From NCBI GenBank assembly GCA_013265495.1, contig MU057887.1, positions 259,985 through 323,984 on the forward strand: a stretch of DNA of 64,000 nt. The letters run 5' to 3'. The translations under genes and the position numbers were made by a program. The notes beneath the pieces were generated by a model. It saw only the letters and a list, made by a program, of their open reading frames with translations. It had not been told where the DNA came from and made no database searches. This DNA comes from Vicugna vicugna (lineage: Eukaryota). The stretch's first letter is position 1; each line of letters opens with the position of its first letter. Positions 24,691 through 37,338 of this stretch are shown here, one piece after another.

Positions 24691-26951
24691 GACAATTGAC
24701 CAGGGAAGGAAGAGATTTTGGCGAGCCTTCTTCTGGGCCCCACGGGAGGGAGTCCTGGCTTGGCTGGGACGCCCCCTGCAGGGAACTGTTCCGTGGCTCT
24801 CAACACTAGACTGTGATGATGATGAGCGCCATTGGCATGGAGATGAGAGAGGGATCCGAGTGGACCCAAGTCATTGGCAATGACTGTGTGATGAATCTCA
24901 ATTGATCCTCCAGAGCCCAGCATTAATGTCACCTGCCCTGGTGTGGTGCTGGCCACCCCTCCATGGCCACCTCAGAACCCTGCACACCTGTCTTGCCACA
25001 TTAACTTCCTCACCTGTACCTGCTGGCTGGCACACCTGTTTTGCCCACCATCCAGAGGGCTCCCGCACAGGGCAAAGGTCCAGGCCCAGTTCCCTCTGGT
25101 CCTTGGCAGTGGGCCTTGCACACCAGAGGAGCTCCGTGGTCTTTCACCTGAACAGAGAGGGTGTGAACCTGAGCGCGGGCAGGCCGGGGAGACCCTCCTG
25201 TTGGTCCCGCCCCCAGCCCCAGGCCATCCCTCCTGCCCATTTCCTAGTGGGTTTGGAGGCCTTCGCTCCCTATCTGTAGGTTCTGATCGCACATCCCCCT
25301 TGCTCTTCTGAGCCGACAACGTATGTATTCCTTGGAGTGGATCCGACCTCAGGTGGCTCCCGAGTGCATTCCAGCTGGTGCCATCTCCAGTCTGCGGCGC
25401 CCGTCCCCGCTGCAGGCTCCTCGCCACATGTCAGCGGGCCCTGCAGAGGGCCACTGCCTCTTCTCTCAGGGCCTTCCAGACCATCGCACAGCAGCCTGTC
25501 CCCTTCCAGGCACGTTCCTGGCCACCCCCAGCACGTAGGCCTCTGGCTCGCTTAGGCCTAGCCTCTTTCCAGCTGGCTATCGCCCCTGCCTCCTCTCTGC
25601 CCCCTCCCACTGAGCACAGACATCTCCAGCTCCTTACTTCTTCTGCGTCTGGATTTTACAGGTCCAGATCACTTTACACACCTGGCTGGGACCCGGACTC
25701 CACCCTGGGGGCCCCCAGGTAGCACTCGGAGAGCCTGCGGAGCATTTACTGGGCTGAGGGTGTCGGAGGGCTTCAGAGCAAATCCAGGGAACTGAGCTCC
25801 AAACACTTTTGCTTAGACCACCAAGCTGCTCTGGTCACTGGGGAGTTTTGCTCAGAGGGTAACGTCGGAAACGTCTCCTTGACCTGAAAGTAAACCTCAA
25901 ACCCCCCGGAGCTTCTCCCCTCCGGGCGTCTCCCTGTGGTCTCAGCGCGTGCACATGGCACGTTATCTTTCCTTCCTCTCCCTGCCACCCACCGGCCACT
26001 TCAAACCTCAGATGCTGGAGTCCTTGAATTAAGGCCAGTGACTTGGCCACGTTTAAAAAAAAATGAAATTGGTTTTCAAATAACAGTTATGGGTTTTATG
26101 AAGATCATGCACTAAAGTACAGAGCACACATTAGTTCTCTGGGCTGCCAGGGAAATAAAAACACCCCAGGGACCTCTGCTTTGCCAGCTCCCCGAGAGAG
26201 AGGCGAGGGGAGAGCGAGGGACGGGGAACGCTTGTTCAGCATGCGATGCAAGGAGGTAGCGGACTGACTCCAGCATGGCTGCACTGTGCGGCAGGTGGGT
26301 ATGCGGGGCTCCGGGGTTCAGACCTTCCTGAGACCCACGTGACACAAAGGACCCGGGTCGGCCACTGCATGAGATGCTGCTGGCCTCGAGGGTGGGTTAG
26401 ACGCTGCCCTGTGCTAAGCCCATGAGGCCCGGAGTCTGCGCCTTCTCCCCAACATTCCATGACGCTCATCCCTCTCCCTTTCTCCTCCTTCTGTCCAGCC
26501 AACCCCTACCTGTCCTCTAAGGCCCGCTTACTCTGTGGCAGGCCCCCGCCTTTTGTATCCACCCAGGACTCAGGAGAGAAGGGATGATGGTGAGCAGACA
26601 CTGCATATTGATAATCCTTGTAGGTTCTCTCCCAGAGGGAAGGGTGGTAATTGGGGTGAGCTGTCACCCCATGGACCCACCTGCTGTGGCCAGGGAGGCA
26701 GATCACAGAACACACTCCTGAGGCTGGGGACCAGCAAGGTGTGTAGAGGCACCGCCAGAAGGGAACCCCTGTGAACCGGGTGGGCCACCCAATCTACAAA
26801 TGAACAAACATACGGAGCCGTCACCCAGCTGAGAGCCTGGGTTGGTACATCGACTGATCTGTCCCAGTAACTTTGCCCAAAGTCACACACGGATTTACAC
26901 AAGCAAGCATGTGGAAGGACTGTGTGTGCATTTATATGTCTGAGGGAGTGA

Positions 26952-27072
26952 GGAGGGGAGGTAATTAAGTTTAGTTTTGTTTTTTTTTCAAATGGAGGTA
27001 CTGGGGAATTGAACCCAGGACCTCATGCATGCTAAGCATGTGCTCTACCACTGAGCTATAACCTCCTCTCTC
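26952..27072 (-). mobile_element. tRNA-Ala-derived SINE (camelid Vic-1 type)
   Basis: aatggaggtactggggaattgaacccaggacctcatgcatgctaagcatgtgctctaccactgagctata; A and B boxes on the reverse strand. Confidence 0.9.
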
Positions 27073-27563
27073 CACTGCATCTTAAATATATAACCAAGAT
27101 GTGTAAGGAGCAACAATATTTTCTTTGCAACTGCTTGGCCTTCACCTGAAGCTTGTAACAATTTGAACACCTGGATTTTTCTGCAGCCGATCCTAGCCTT
27201 TGCAGATGGCTAAGATAGCAATAAAGAAAGAAGGATTCCAGGCTGTTCAAGTCCACTAGGATTCAGCCTCGAGGCTGGTGGGTGCCTGGCCATAATCACC
27301 CGTGCACTGTTGTGCAGAACATCTCGTGATGTCCCATCGGACACACTGGCAATCTGTTGCTTGCCCAGCTAGTCTCCGTGCACCAAACACTGACTAAGCA
27401 TTATTCACATCAGTCATGATAGCAACCGTCTTATGTAAAGATGTCCTTTGTCCCAGCAGCACTGTTCAGATGCAGAGATAATTCCATGGACGGTAGGAAC
27501 CCAAGCACCAGAGAGGCTTAGCAATTACCCGAGGACGCAAAGTAAATGGGATAGTGGCAAACC

Positions 27564-27995
27564 TGTTGCTGGGAATAGGTTCTTGTCTCGCACAGGAAAG
27601 AATTCAAGGCATAAGAAAGTGAAGGTAAGTTTATTCAGGGAGAGACACACTCCATGGACAGAGTGCGGGCCGCCTCCGAAGGCAAGAGGAAACAACCATG
27701 AGGTACGGGCTTGTCAGTTTTTATGGGCTTGGTAATGTCACACGCTGACAAGTAGGAGGATTATTGGAGTATCTGGGGGAAGGGGCGGAGATTTGCAGGA
27801 ACTGGATCCCCGCCTACTTTTTGGCCTTTTCAGGTCAGCCTGGGAACTGTCGTGGTGCCCGTAGGAGCGCCAGGAGGCTCAAGGTCCTCTGGAAGGAGGG
27901 TCTTCTGCCACCTTGGTTCTAACCAGCTGGTCCTGCCCTTGACTGCTGTGTCATTCCTGCAGTGGTTGTGCCCTGCCCCCTCCCCTCCTGTCTCA
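27564..27995 (-). mobile_element. ERV1-class solo LTR (432 bp) inserted in a MIR
   Basis: TG...CA termini with a perfect 4-bp TSD aacc (27560-27563, 27996-27999). AATAAA on the minus strand near 27629-27634. MIR-like sequence on both flanks. Confidence 0.85.
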
Positions 27996-28094
27996 AACCC
28001 AGGAGTCACACTCTGGTGCCTTTACCTCTCCACCCTCTGCTCTGCTGCCTTTTTCATCATCATTCAAGATGCCCCACTGGGAGGGAGGGGAAGA

Positions 28095-28207
28095 GAGAGC
28101 GAATATGAAAACGACTCCATGTGTGTATCTGCATGACTGGGACACTCTGCTGTGCACCAGAAACTGACACATGGTAACTGACTATACTTCAATTTAAAAA
28201 AAAAAAG
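28095..28207 (+). mobile_element. Short L1 3' end with poly(A)
   Basis: gaatatgaaaacga ... gcatgactgggacactctgctgtgcaccagaaactgacac ... ctgactatacttcaatttaaaaaaa; same family as 37339-38096 and 51957-52100. Confidence 0.85.
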
Positions 28208-29211
28208 AGGAAAGGAATGTAATTAAAACCACATGGGTGGGGTGGCTAGGTGAGAATGATGCTTCACAGCTGGTAGACACAGTGGAGATATTCTGCAGGT
28301 GCATCTGGACATGAAAATAAAATGAGCAGAAACACAGGTCTCCTTAGCTTCTAAAGAAATCATTTGGAGGGCTTTCCCTGGGGAAATTTAGACAAAGGAA
28401 TAAAATTTTAAAATTAAGGAAGGCATAAGCTACTGAATTTATCATTGCATCATCCTGGAAGCTGAGGGAAATGCCATCTTTATATGCCTGATTTACAAAC
28501 TGTGGTTTTTATTAACCAAAGAAAAACACGCTGAGATCAGAAATGGTACCTATGAAACAATCCTTGCATATGGACCTCCAAAAATAATATAATGAAATAC
28601 AGAAACTCCAAGGATCTGCTGACGAAATCTAACTCATATGCGTAAAATAACAAGGTTAGAAATACGAAGTCCTTTTTAAAGAATAAATATATTTTTTTAA
28701 ATCAAAGGAGATTTTTCCATTGGAATTTTTTAACAAAGGAGATTCAGGAGTGAGTGAAGGGGACAGGAGCCAATGCTTGGGCAGAGATGTCAGTCACAAA
28801 GGTCACGGCATGGAAATTGCCAAGGTGTAAAGGAGCCTCACCCCGGCACCTGCGGCTTTGCCGGTGAGCCTCCACCCACCTCCCCGGCGGCTGGGAGCTC
28901 CACACATCAACGGCTGGCTCTCAGGGCTCCTCTGCGGAGGCCTCGCTGCCCATGAGACCTGGACACGAGATGGGGGCCGAGCAGAGTAGGACCCAGGGCT
29001 GGAGCCCAGCTGGCTGGCCCGAATCCCAGCTCCAGAGGAGGGAGGGGGGATTCTGTTAGCCCAAGTGCAACAGGGAACCATGCAGGCCTCAGTTACCCTG
29101 TCTGACCAGTGCAGGTGATAGCAGCTCCACTTCACAGGGGTGTGAAAGGGTTAAATGAATTATTTCCTATACAGAGCTTTAGTCGCTATTGGCCACCACA
29201 AGCATCATCAG

Positions 29212-29323
29212 TTTATTTTTAAGATTCTTTTTGGGGGGAGGCAATTAGGTTTATTTATTTGTATTTGTTTTTTTATTGTTAATGGAGGTACACGCACGCC
29301 ACCACTGAGCTATACCCTCCCCC
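29212..29323 (-). mobile_element. Vic-1-type SINE with an internal deletion removing the B-box region
   Basis: The head (accactgagctataccctcccc) joins almost directly to aatggaggtac. About 35 nt present in the other copies is missing. Confidence 0.8.
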
Positions 29324-30227
29324 GTTCACTTTTGAATGGGTTTCAACATTTACGTCCTGCAAAATTAGCCAAGCAGACGGAGGTGTAGAACACAGGCTCC
29401 CCACGGCCACCCCTTCGCCTCCCCGCACACAGCAGGTAACCGCTGGCTCCCCTTGTACCCCCCCCCAGGGGTCTTTAACGCCTGCAGAGGCCAACATGAC
29501 TGTCGAGTCCCCCTTGTGTGAGACGGCACGTGCTTGCGTTAGGTTTCTGTCCCTCTGTGATGAGTCCCACCAACTGGGCAGAGACACACGTGTGTTACCT
29601 CGCAGCTCCTGTTGGCGGGGAGCCGGCGCGGCAGGCCCTCCGGCCAGGTCTCACAGGCTGCCACCAAGGTGTCTGCCAGGCCGGGTCCTCCTCCAGGCCC
29701 GGACAGAGCTCTGCAGTGGTAGGACTGGGGTCCCGTCTTCTTGCTGGGGGTCAGCGGGGGCTGCTCTTGGCTCCTGGAGGCCCTTGCAGTCTTACGCTGT
29801 GTCCCTGCAGCCCTTCTCGGCTCAGCAGCCTATTTCCCCAAAACCAGTGAGGAGGGTCTCCCACTGCCTCCGCTGAGGTGGGGGGTTACCAAGGGAGGGA
29901 CATCCTGTCACCTTTGACATACGACTGCCCCAGCCACGGGGGTGACTCAGTTCGTTTGCCATACTCTGCTGGGCGGAAGCAAGGCCTTGGGCACACCTGC
30001 ACCGAGGAGAGAGGAGCACAGGGCGGGACCGCTGGGGCCCGCATGGCTGTGTCCGTCTGCCGTCACCTTGCGCAGAGTCCCACGCCTTGAGTTTCTTTTT
30101 CATCTACATTCTTTTGAATGTTCCCCAAGTCACACCTTCCCTCCGGAGAAAAGGATGGAGGTCAATGAGGAGATCAACTGACTGCACTGCAGGCCTTGCC
30201 TGGTCCCTGGAGCAAGAACAGAGGTCG

Positions 30228-30289
30228 GTGTGTGTGTGTGCGCATTGGTGTGTGCGTGCGTGCGCGTGTACGCGTGTGCGTGCGTGTAT
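30228..30289. repeat. (TG/CG)n alternating purine-pyrimidine microsatellite
   Basis: Read directly; uninterrupted alternation from 30248 to 30289. Confidence 0.9.
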
Positions 30290-30769
30290 CTCAGTGGCCC
30301 CCAACCTTCCAACTCGGAAACTCCAGGACTCCAAGCTGCTGGTTTCTGGTCTGGGGTGTAAACCCCTTCCCTCCCCATGTGCAGAACTTTTTTTAATGCC
30401 ATGCTTTGTGTTCTAAAGATACTGATGTATTTAAGTAGAAAGGATGAATCACTACACGGAAGACAGAGCATCCTATAAATAGAGCAAGCTGTTGACAGCA
30501 CGAGTCCTACACGGACAGCTTACGCCCTCTCCCCGAACCCCAGTCACCTGTCATAAAGCTGGTCCTCTGGCCGCCTGGCAGTCCTGCTCTCCTGCCCCTG
30601 AAAGACCTGGGTGGGGGCCTGGATGGGTGTTGACTGCAAAAGAGGAGCCGGCCAGGCCCCCACCCCTGAGGGTCTCTGCTGTCACCTGGTTGTGTCTTGT
30701 GACGCAGGCGGGATCTGTCACGGACACGTTCACACAGAGGGGAGGGGGGGTCCCTCAAGCTTCTCTTTT

Positions 30770-31100
30770 ATATCTTTTAAATATAAATCTCCACGTACAG
30801 GAAAATGCAGATCTTAAGAGTACAGTCATTTTGAGTCAACAGACATACACACTGATGTAACCTATGCCCCAATAAAGGTCTAGAATATTTCCATCACCCC
30901 AGAGAGCTCCCCTGGGCTTCTTCAACCCCCCCGCCCCCACCCCCGCAGAGGTAACCACTGTCCTGACTTCTGTCCGCACAGAAGGATTTTGTCTGTTCTG
31001 AGACTTCAGTTACTGGAATAATACACTATGTGCCTTTTGTGTCTGGTTTCTTTCATTTGACATAATTTCTGAGAGATTCATCCATGTTCTTGTGAGTATA
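30770..31100 (-). mobile_element. Old L1M 3' fragment
   Basis: tagaatatttccatcaccccagagagctccc ... gtaaccactgtcctgacttct ... gagattcatccatgtt. Confidence 0.78.
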
Positions 31101-34100
31101 TTTAGGTCTTTTCTTAATTATGTTAAAACTTTATGATCTATTGTGTTTAAGGTTCTATAATCTTATGGTTCTGCGAGGCTAATATGAACAGACACTTGCA
31201 AATGTAAGATTTGAAAGCATCTTAACGCTGTATCAGTTGTCAACAGAAAATCTCAGACTGGAGTCTTATGAGATCTTCAGACTCCATGTGTCCAGACTGA
31301 ACTTACCTCCGGCAAAAACTCCTGCATCCGGGAACGGCGCTGCCGCCCGTCCACCTGGTTCTCCTAGTCGGAGACCCACGCGGGAAGGGTCTCACATCCA
31401 GGAGCGCAGCAAGTCAGGCAGTGGCTCCATCCCCACCCCGCCTCCCGCGGCCAGCCCCTGAAAGGCAGGGCCGGCGTGGTGGAGCCATTCACCTCGCCTG
31501 TGCGGTGGGAACAGCCCTGTCTATCCCAAGAACATGATCGTGTGGGCAAGTCCAGTGGTGTGGAGAGGCTTGGACACAGCATCGGAAGTCACAGGCCCTA
31601 TCCATCCGCACATCCGATCATGGAGCCAATGTTCGCTCCACGTTTGTAGGGTGGGAGGCCCTGCACTAGGAAGAAGGCAGACCCTGAGCGGGATTTGGGA
31701 CAGAGACAGAAATAAGGGGCTCCAGGAGCCAGAGGAGGGGCCGAGGACCCTGGCTCGGTGGGGAGGGTGTGCTTCGTGAAGGCGGGGACATGAAGATGAG
31801 CCTTGAAGAACATGATAGGAACTCTCCCGGCTCAGGAAGCAGGGGACGGACTCAGAGCGAGAGAGAAGCAGACTCCAAGGGACGGAGGATGTTGGGGGGA
31901 GGGCAGGGGAGCGAGAGAGGACTGTGGAGTCTGACACCGGGGTTTCCAGCGACGGCAACCCGGTGGGGGGTGGATCGTGTCAGGGCCGCGCTGTGAGGGG
32001 CTCTCGGGTCACCTTCGGGTGGGGGAGGCGCTGGTTTGGGTGGGGCTGGGGCTCCTGAGCCCGGCGCAGGGGCCGACTTGCACGAAGGGATGAAGAGGTC
32101 TGAGTGGCAGGGATAGGTTTAGGATAGATTCAAGCCTCATCAGCCTGAATGGGCCAGACAGCAGGTGCTACAGAGGAGGAGCGGGGCCAGCCAGGAGGGC
32201 TGGGAGAGGGGCTAGGGTCATGGAGGAGCCGTCAGGGGGCTTTGCCACCTCGCTTCCCTCCTCCGGGCCTCCTCAGCTTCCCCAGGTCTCAGACACGGGA
32301 GGCCCTGGGCAAGATGTTCTCCAAAGGCCCCGCTGGGTCGGATCCTACTCCGGGTACCATCTCTACATCTTTATGGCTGGATTTTTTTTTTTTTAACGAA
32401 TCCGATGACTATGAAGCAAAGTGCAGCGATATGATAGTCAAAACAACTGAAGATCCTGAATCCTTCATCGACCAAGTAAATAAATCCACGAGAAATGCAT
32501 TCATACGCTCATCAACTGCATAGTGGAGACCGCAATTTTAGGGAAGAAGGTTCTGGAAATCAAGAGATAATGACAGGCACTCTCCTCTTCTCCGTCTTGT
32601 GAACACTCACGGACACACACAGGTGTTCTAATACGCCTCAGCCACTTACTGGCAGCATGATCTCGGGCAATTTATTTCACACCTCTGCGCGTCACTAAGA
32701 GCAGATACGGTTGTCACAGGGTTGGGTGACTAAGCTAGGGAGCCCAGGAGAGCCCTGTGTGCTTGGCGCGCAGTGAAAGCGGAATAGATATCAGCAATCA
32801 GCAGGGTTAAAACCCACATTCCAACTAGAGTCGCCGTCCGTGTCTCCACCTGAACCCTGTCCACACCCACTGCCACCCCCACCCCTGCCCCCACTCTCTT
32901 CCCCTCTCTGTCTGGTTGAGATTTTATTGTTCTCGCCGCATATGGCATCTGGCTCCTGTTGGACTGTTCTAGTTAATAGCAGGGCTGCTTTTAAAGGCTT
33001 ATTACCAATGATCAGAATTTTAAAATGACCCTGTTTACTAAAAGTGAGAGGGAGGTCTTACAGCCCAAATCTTCCGGGTTTTCCCCCGGAGGCAGGTCAG
33101 GCTGCAGGGTGCAGCGCGGGCAAACCCGGCGGGTCTCTGAGCGGCATCTCTGTCGGCATCAGGGTAGCGATCCCGTCTCACCCAGGGTGGACCGGATACC
33201 CTTTGACTCTTCTTCCAACTCTGAGGTCATCGGGCTCTTGAAGCCAGTTTGATACACTTTTCAGTACTTTATTGACCCATTACGAAGAAGGCGCCGAGGC
33301 TGATGGGCTGTAAGTGGCATATTGTACATTCCACAGCTGACCTGCCACGTCACGCTGGCTCCTGCCGCCCTGGGGTGGGAGGGAGGGGCCTTGCCACGTG
33401 GAGCTGACAGGGCTGCAGCCTCAGACGCCCACCAAGGGACCTGCTTGTCTGCGGACAACCAGCAAAGTAGTCACGAGCAACGCTCCTCTCAGGGAAGCCT
33501 CATCTCTGGTCACAAATAAACTGTTGCTTCTTCATTCTGCTCACAGACTGCTCTCCCCTGGACCGATGTTTCGTTTTTTTTCTTGGAGAGTTTGGGAGGT
33601 GGGTGGTGACATTTTCAGCTGCTATTTTCATGCATCATTCTTAGTCACTGTCGGCAGCTTAGAAGCCAGCAAAAAGCCTTCCCACGGCCTGGGGCTGGTT
33701 ATTCCTGACTCTGCAGCCCAGACTCCCCTGCCCGCTGAGGCCAAGCATGTGCTCCCTGTCCAGGGGCTGTGGCAGCTTCTCCTGATTTAAAAAGAGACAA
33801 ATGCAGGCTCAGGACGCAGACCCCTGGCCACTGGAGATCCCTTATCAGCTTCCTCACTACCTGGAACATTCTCCAGAACTAGAAATAGCAAAGACAGGCT
33901 CCTAAGCGTTCCAAAGAGATGCCCAGATGCAAACCTTGAGGCTCACACATGTAACTCCCAAGAGGGCCCTTCTGGCTTCTACTGTAAGCATTTATTTTTA
34001 TTTTGGATGGAATTGAACAGCCTTGGTCTTCTCACATACAGCAGATTCCAAGCAACAGATTCCTAACGTGCGGCCCCGCACGCCTGCCGTGGAAGAGATG

Positions 34101-34684
34101 AAAGCCTGGAGTGGGCGCTGGTAGTGGATGCATCCTCGGGTACCGCCCAGCCTCCACACCCCACGCTTCCATAGTTCACGGAAAACATCATTAGGAAAGA
34201 AATTTACATAATGGACACGGTTTTAGAATTCATTCCTCAACACCAAGCAAACCAAACATGCCCACAAACATGATTCTGATTTCAGGAGCTTGTACACTCC
34301 CTCATCTTCTTTCTTCCTGCTCTTTTTTGCTTCTCTGTCTTTTTAGAGAGACAGTTTGGTTCCATGAAGGCAGCCCTTCATGGAACCTTCTCAGAGTCAC
34401 ATGCCCGGCAGGGGCTGAGGGCACCTGCCACAGCCAAGCAGCTTGCACCTTCGCTCAGTTAACGAGCATCGCTGGTTGTCTGCTGTGTAACTTGGGGAGA
34501 TGCTGGGGGAGCAGAGATGAGTCCCACAGGTCTGCCGGCCCGGACCCTGAGCGGAGGGGCCGAGGAGACCTATGAGCACAACTGCCACGTCAGGGCTGTT
34601 TTCCCCACTGACACCACGGCGGACGGCACTGAGCTCGGGGCGGCTCCCGGGGCCGCATCTGCTCTGCCAGTACTGCGTGTGCAG

Positions 34685-35143
34685 CTGTCTGAGCTCCTGT
34701 GGCTGCTGCAACAGATCACCACAAATCTGGGGGCATTAAACAGCATGAACTCATTATTTTACAGTTCTGAAGGTCACACGTCCTAACATCAAGGCATTGG
34801 CAGGGCTGTCCTCCTCCTGGAGACTCTATGGGATCTTTTCCCTTGCTTTTTCCAGCATCCAGGAGAAGCCACCTGTGTTCCTTGGCTCACGGCCCCTTTC
34901 TGTTCTTAAAGCCGGCATCATAGGCCCTTCCATCTTCCCATCTCCCCTTCCCTCTCCCTCTCCTCCCTCTCATCACATCTGCATCTCTGCCTCTGACCCT
35001 CCTGCTTCCCTCCTCTCCTCATGAGGAACCTTGTGATGATATTCGGTCCACCGGGGGCCTTCAGGAAACTCTCCTCATCTCAAGATGCTTAACTTAATCA
35101 CACCTGCAAAGTCCTTTTTTCCATGTAAGGCAGCAGATTCACA
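34685..35143 (-). mobile_element. MLT1 (MaLR) LTR
   Basis: tttacagttctgaaggtcac ... catcaaggcattggcagggctg ... catctcaagatgcttaacttaatcacacctgcaaagtcc. Confidence 0.8.
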
Positions 35144-35160
35144 GAACATAGTGTGGAACT

Positions 35161-35440
35161 GGAGGACAGGACCACAGAACCCTTGTGTGACACAGGAGGA
35201 TGGGCCATGGGTCACTGGCTGGGAGAGGAGGATGGACCACAGAGATACTGTGTGGGACAGAAGGTGGACTACGGGGACACTGATGGGACAGGAGGATGCA
35301 CCATGGAGGTACCGTACGGGATGGAAGGATGGACCACGGAGGTACCGTACTGGATGGAAGGATGGACCACGGAGGCACCATATGGGATGGAAGGATGGAC
35401 CACGGAGGTACCGTACGGGATGGAAGGATGGACCATGAGG
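35161..35440. repeat. 33-bp minisatellite, about 8.5 units
   Basis: Consensus gaaggatggaccacggaggtaccgtacgggatg. Units 5-8 are nearly identical; units 1-4 are degenerate (31-34 bp). Confidence 0.92.
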
Positions 35441-36779
35441 ACACAGATGATGATTAGGGCTTGCAGTTGGAAACAGGCTTCAGCAGGTCATCTAAGAGTG
35501 TCATCCCCTCACTTTTCATTCCTATGACATCACAGAAAGTCACCCGTGCTTGGAGTCCAGCCACCCAGGATGGACATTTCAAGGCTGTTGGATTCTAAGT
35601 CCTGGGGATGGACCCAGTCAAGTTGTGTCAGGTCCGCAGAGGGCTCTTGAGAACAACCTGCCTCACCCTTGGCCTCCTGTCCCTCCTGTCGCATCATCCC
35701 TGTCTGGGACCAGATGCTGAAGACCCCTCCACTCCAGGTGAGCTTCCTGATCCCCCCTCAGCCATCTGGAAACCAGTCAGCTCCAGCCCCACTTGTCACG
35801 CTGCCATCTGCTTGGCTCCAGCTCACACGAGAGCACAAAGGCTTACTTTGTGGGTGATAGTCACCCAGGGATGCTGCCCTGCTGGAACCTGTAGGGACAT
35901 CGACAGAAGCTGGGAGGGCGCCCCCTCCCTTCCCTTCACCCTCAAGTCGACACCCCTGAATCCGAGATGCAGAAGCCCCACCCCTGACCTCCCCTGAGGG
36001 AGCTAGGAAGGCTCCCTGCATCCCGCCAGGGCAGGAGCTACAGGGACAAGCCCTGCAGGTGGCGCAGCAGGTGTCCTGTCCCAGCTCTGCCCCAGGCCAG
36101 CCCTGAACGTAGGCACACTAAACCACATGCCTCCAGGCCTCAGCTGCCTCTTGTGAAAACAGGAGTGGGAATCCCAAATGCACTGGGCAGGGACGAGACT
36201 GGGAAATGAGTGGGTGGTGCAGACAGAAGCTGGGCAGAGAGGAGACCAAAGGGGAAGACGGAGGCGGGCATGGCCGAGGCCCTGGCAGGAGTCCACCCTG
36301 CAGAGGGTCATCACGCAGGCCATGCCCACCCACTGCACACCGGGACCTGGAGGCCCCTGAGGGCTCTGACCCAATCCCAGCTCCCCACCGGAGACGTGGG
36401 GATGGGGAGGGTGGGTGGCAGTCTGGCTATCAGGAGGGTGAGCCCTGAAGCTGTGCGTCATTATAGCCCATGGGGCTGCATCAAACTTCTTCTCTCGGGC
36501 CTCCCCAGGCCTCTGGGAGCAGAATCTCCCTGGTGACACTGTCAGGTCAGGGCACTGGGCATGAGAAGCACCCACAGGTCTCAGGTGTCCTGCAAACACA
36601 GTCCCCAAAGAGGCTTTCAGCAAAGCGGGTGGAGCCACCCTCAAGACCTCCCCCACATGCCTGTCCCGGACGCAGGCCACCACTGCCTCTCTCCCCTTCT
36701 AAATGGTCCACAGCATGTCCGTCCCCAGATCAGCTCCCAGGACTGCAGCCACCGCCCTTGTAACGTACATGCTGCTGGT

Positions 36780-37338
36780 GCGAGCGTGGTGGGGTTCAGC
36801 CCCTTCAGAGAACCTTTGGAAAGTGTCTCCTGAAGCTGAGCACAGGCCACCCACGACTCGCGGTTCCACTCTTGGGTTTCCAGCCGAGAGACGAGAGCGC
36901 TTACGTCCCCAAGACGCACGTGCAGGTATGCTCATGTCACTTTCCCCATAATGGCCCTAAAGGGAACCACCTACGTGCCCGTCAGCTGGGTGATGGAGAC
37001 ACCAGGTGTAACAGGCTGGAACAACGGGCACTACCTGGAAACACAGAGGGATGATCTGCTGCTACCGGCAAGAAAGCGGACGAGCCTCCAGACGTCGTGC
37101 TGAGTGACAGAAGCCAACGCGAAAAAGCACAGACCAGATGGCACGATTCCATTTACAGAAAATACAAAACAGGCCAGGCTAGTCAGTGGCCCCTGGTCAG
37201 AACAGGGGCTCCCTTTGGTGGGGGGGGGTGGCGGCTGGGAAGGGAGACAAGTGCAGTGTCTGCACCTTGAGCTGATGGTGATGAGGAGGGTACAGACGTG
37301 TAGAAACTCACCACCCTGTTGACTCAAGACTGGTGCCC
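36780..37338 (+). mobile_element. Old L1M 3' region, resuming at 38290-38330 after a younger L1
   Basis: Diverged L1 motifs (gcggttccactcttggg, gattccatttacagaaaatacaaaacaggc, gtagaaactcacc). Confidence 0.72.

Noticed and set aside
32395..32523. Protein-like stretch NESDDYEAKCSDMIVKTTEDPESFIDQVNK
   Set aside because: Short, lacks an AG acceptor after the T run, and has no homolog I recognise.
35161..35440. CRISPR-like array or repeat-protein gene
   Set aside because: Units are head-to-tail with no unique spacers, there are no cas genes, and the context is mammalian. The open frames follow from the 33-bp period.
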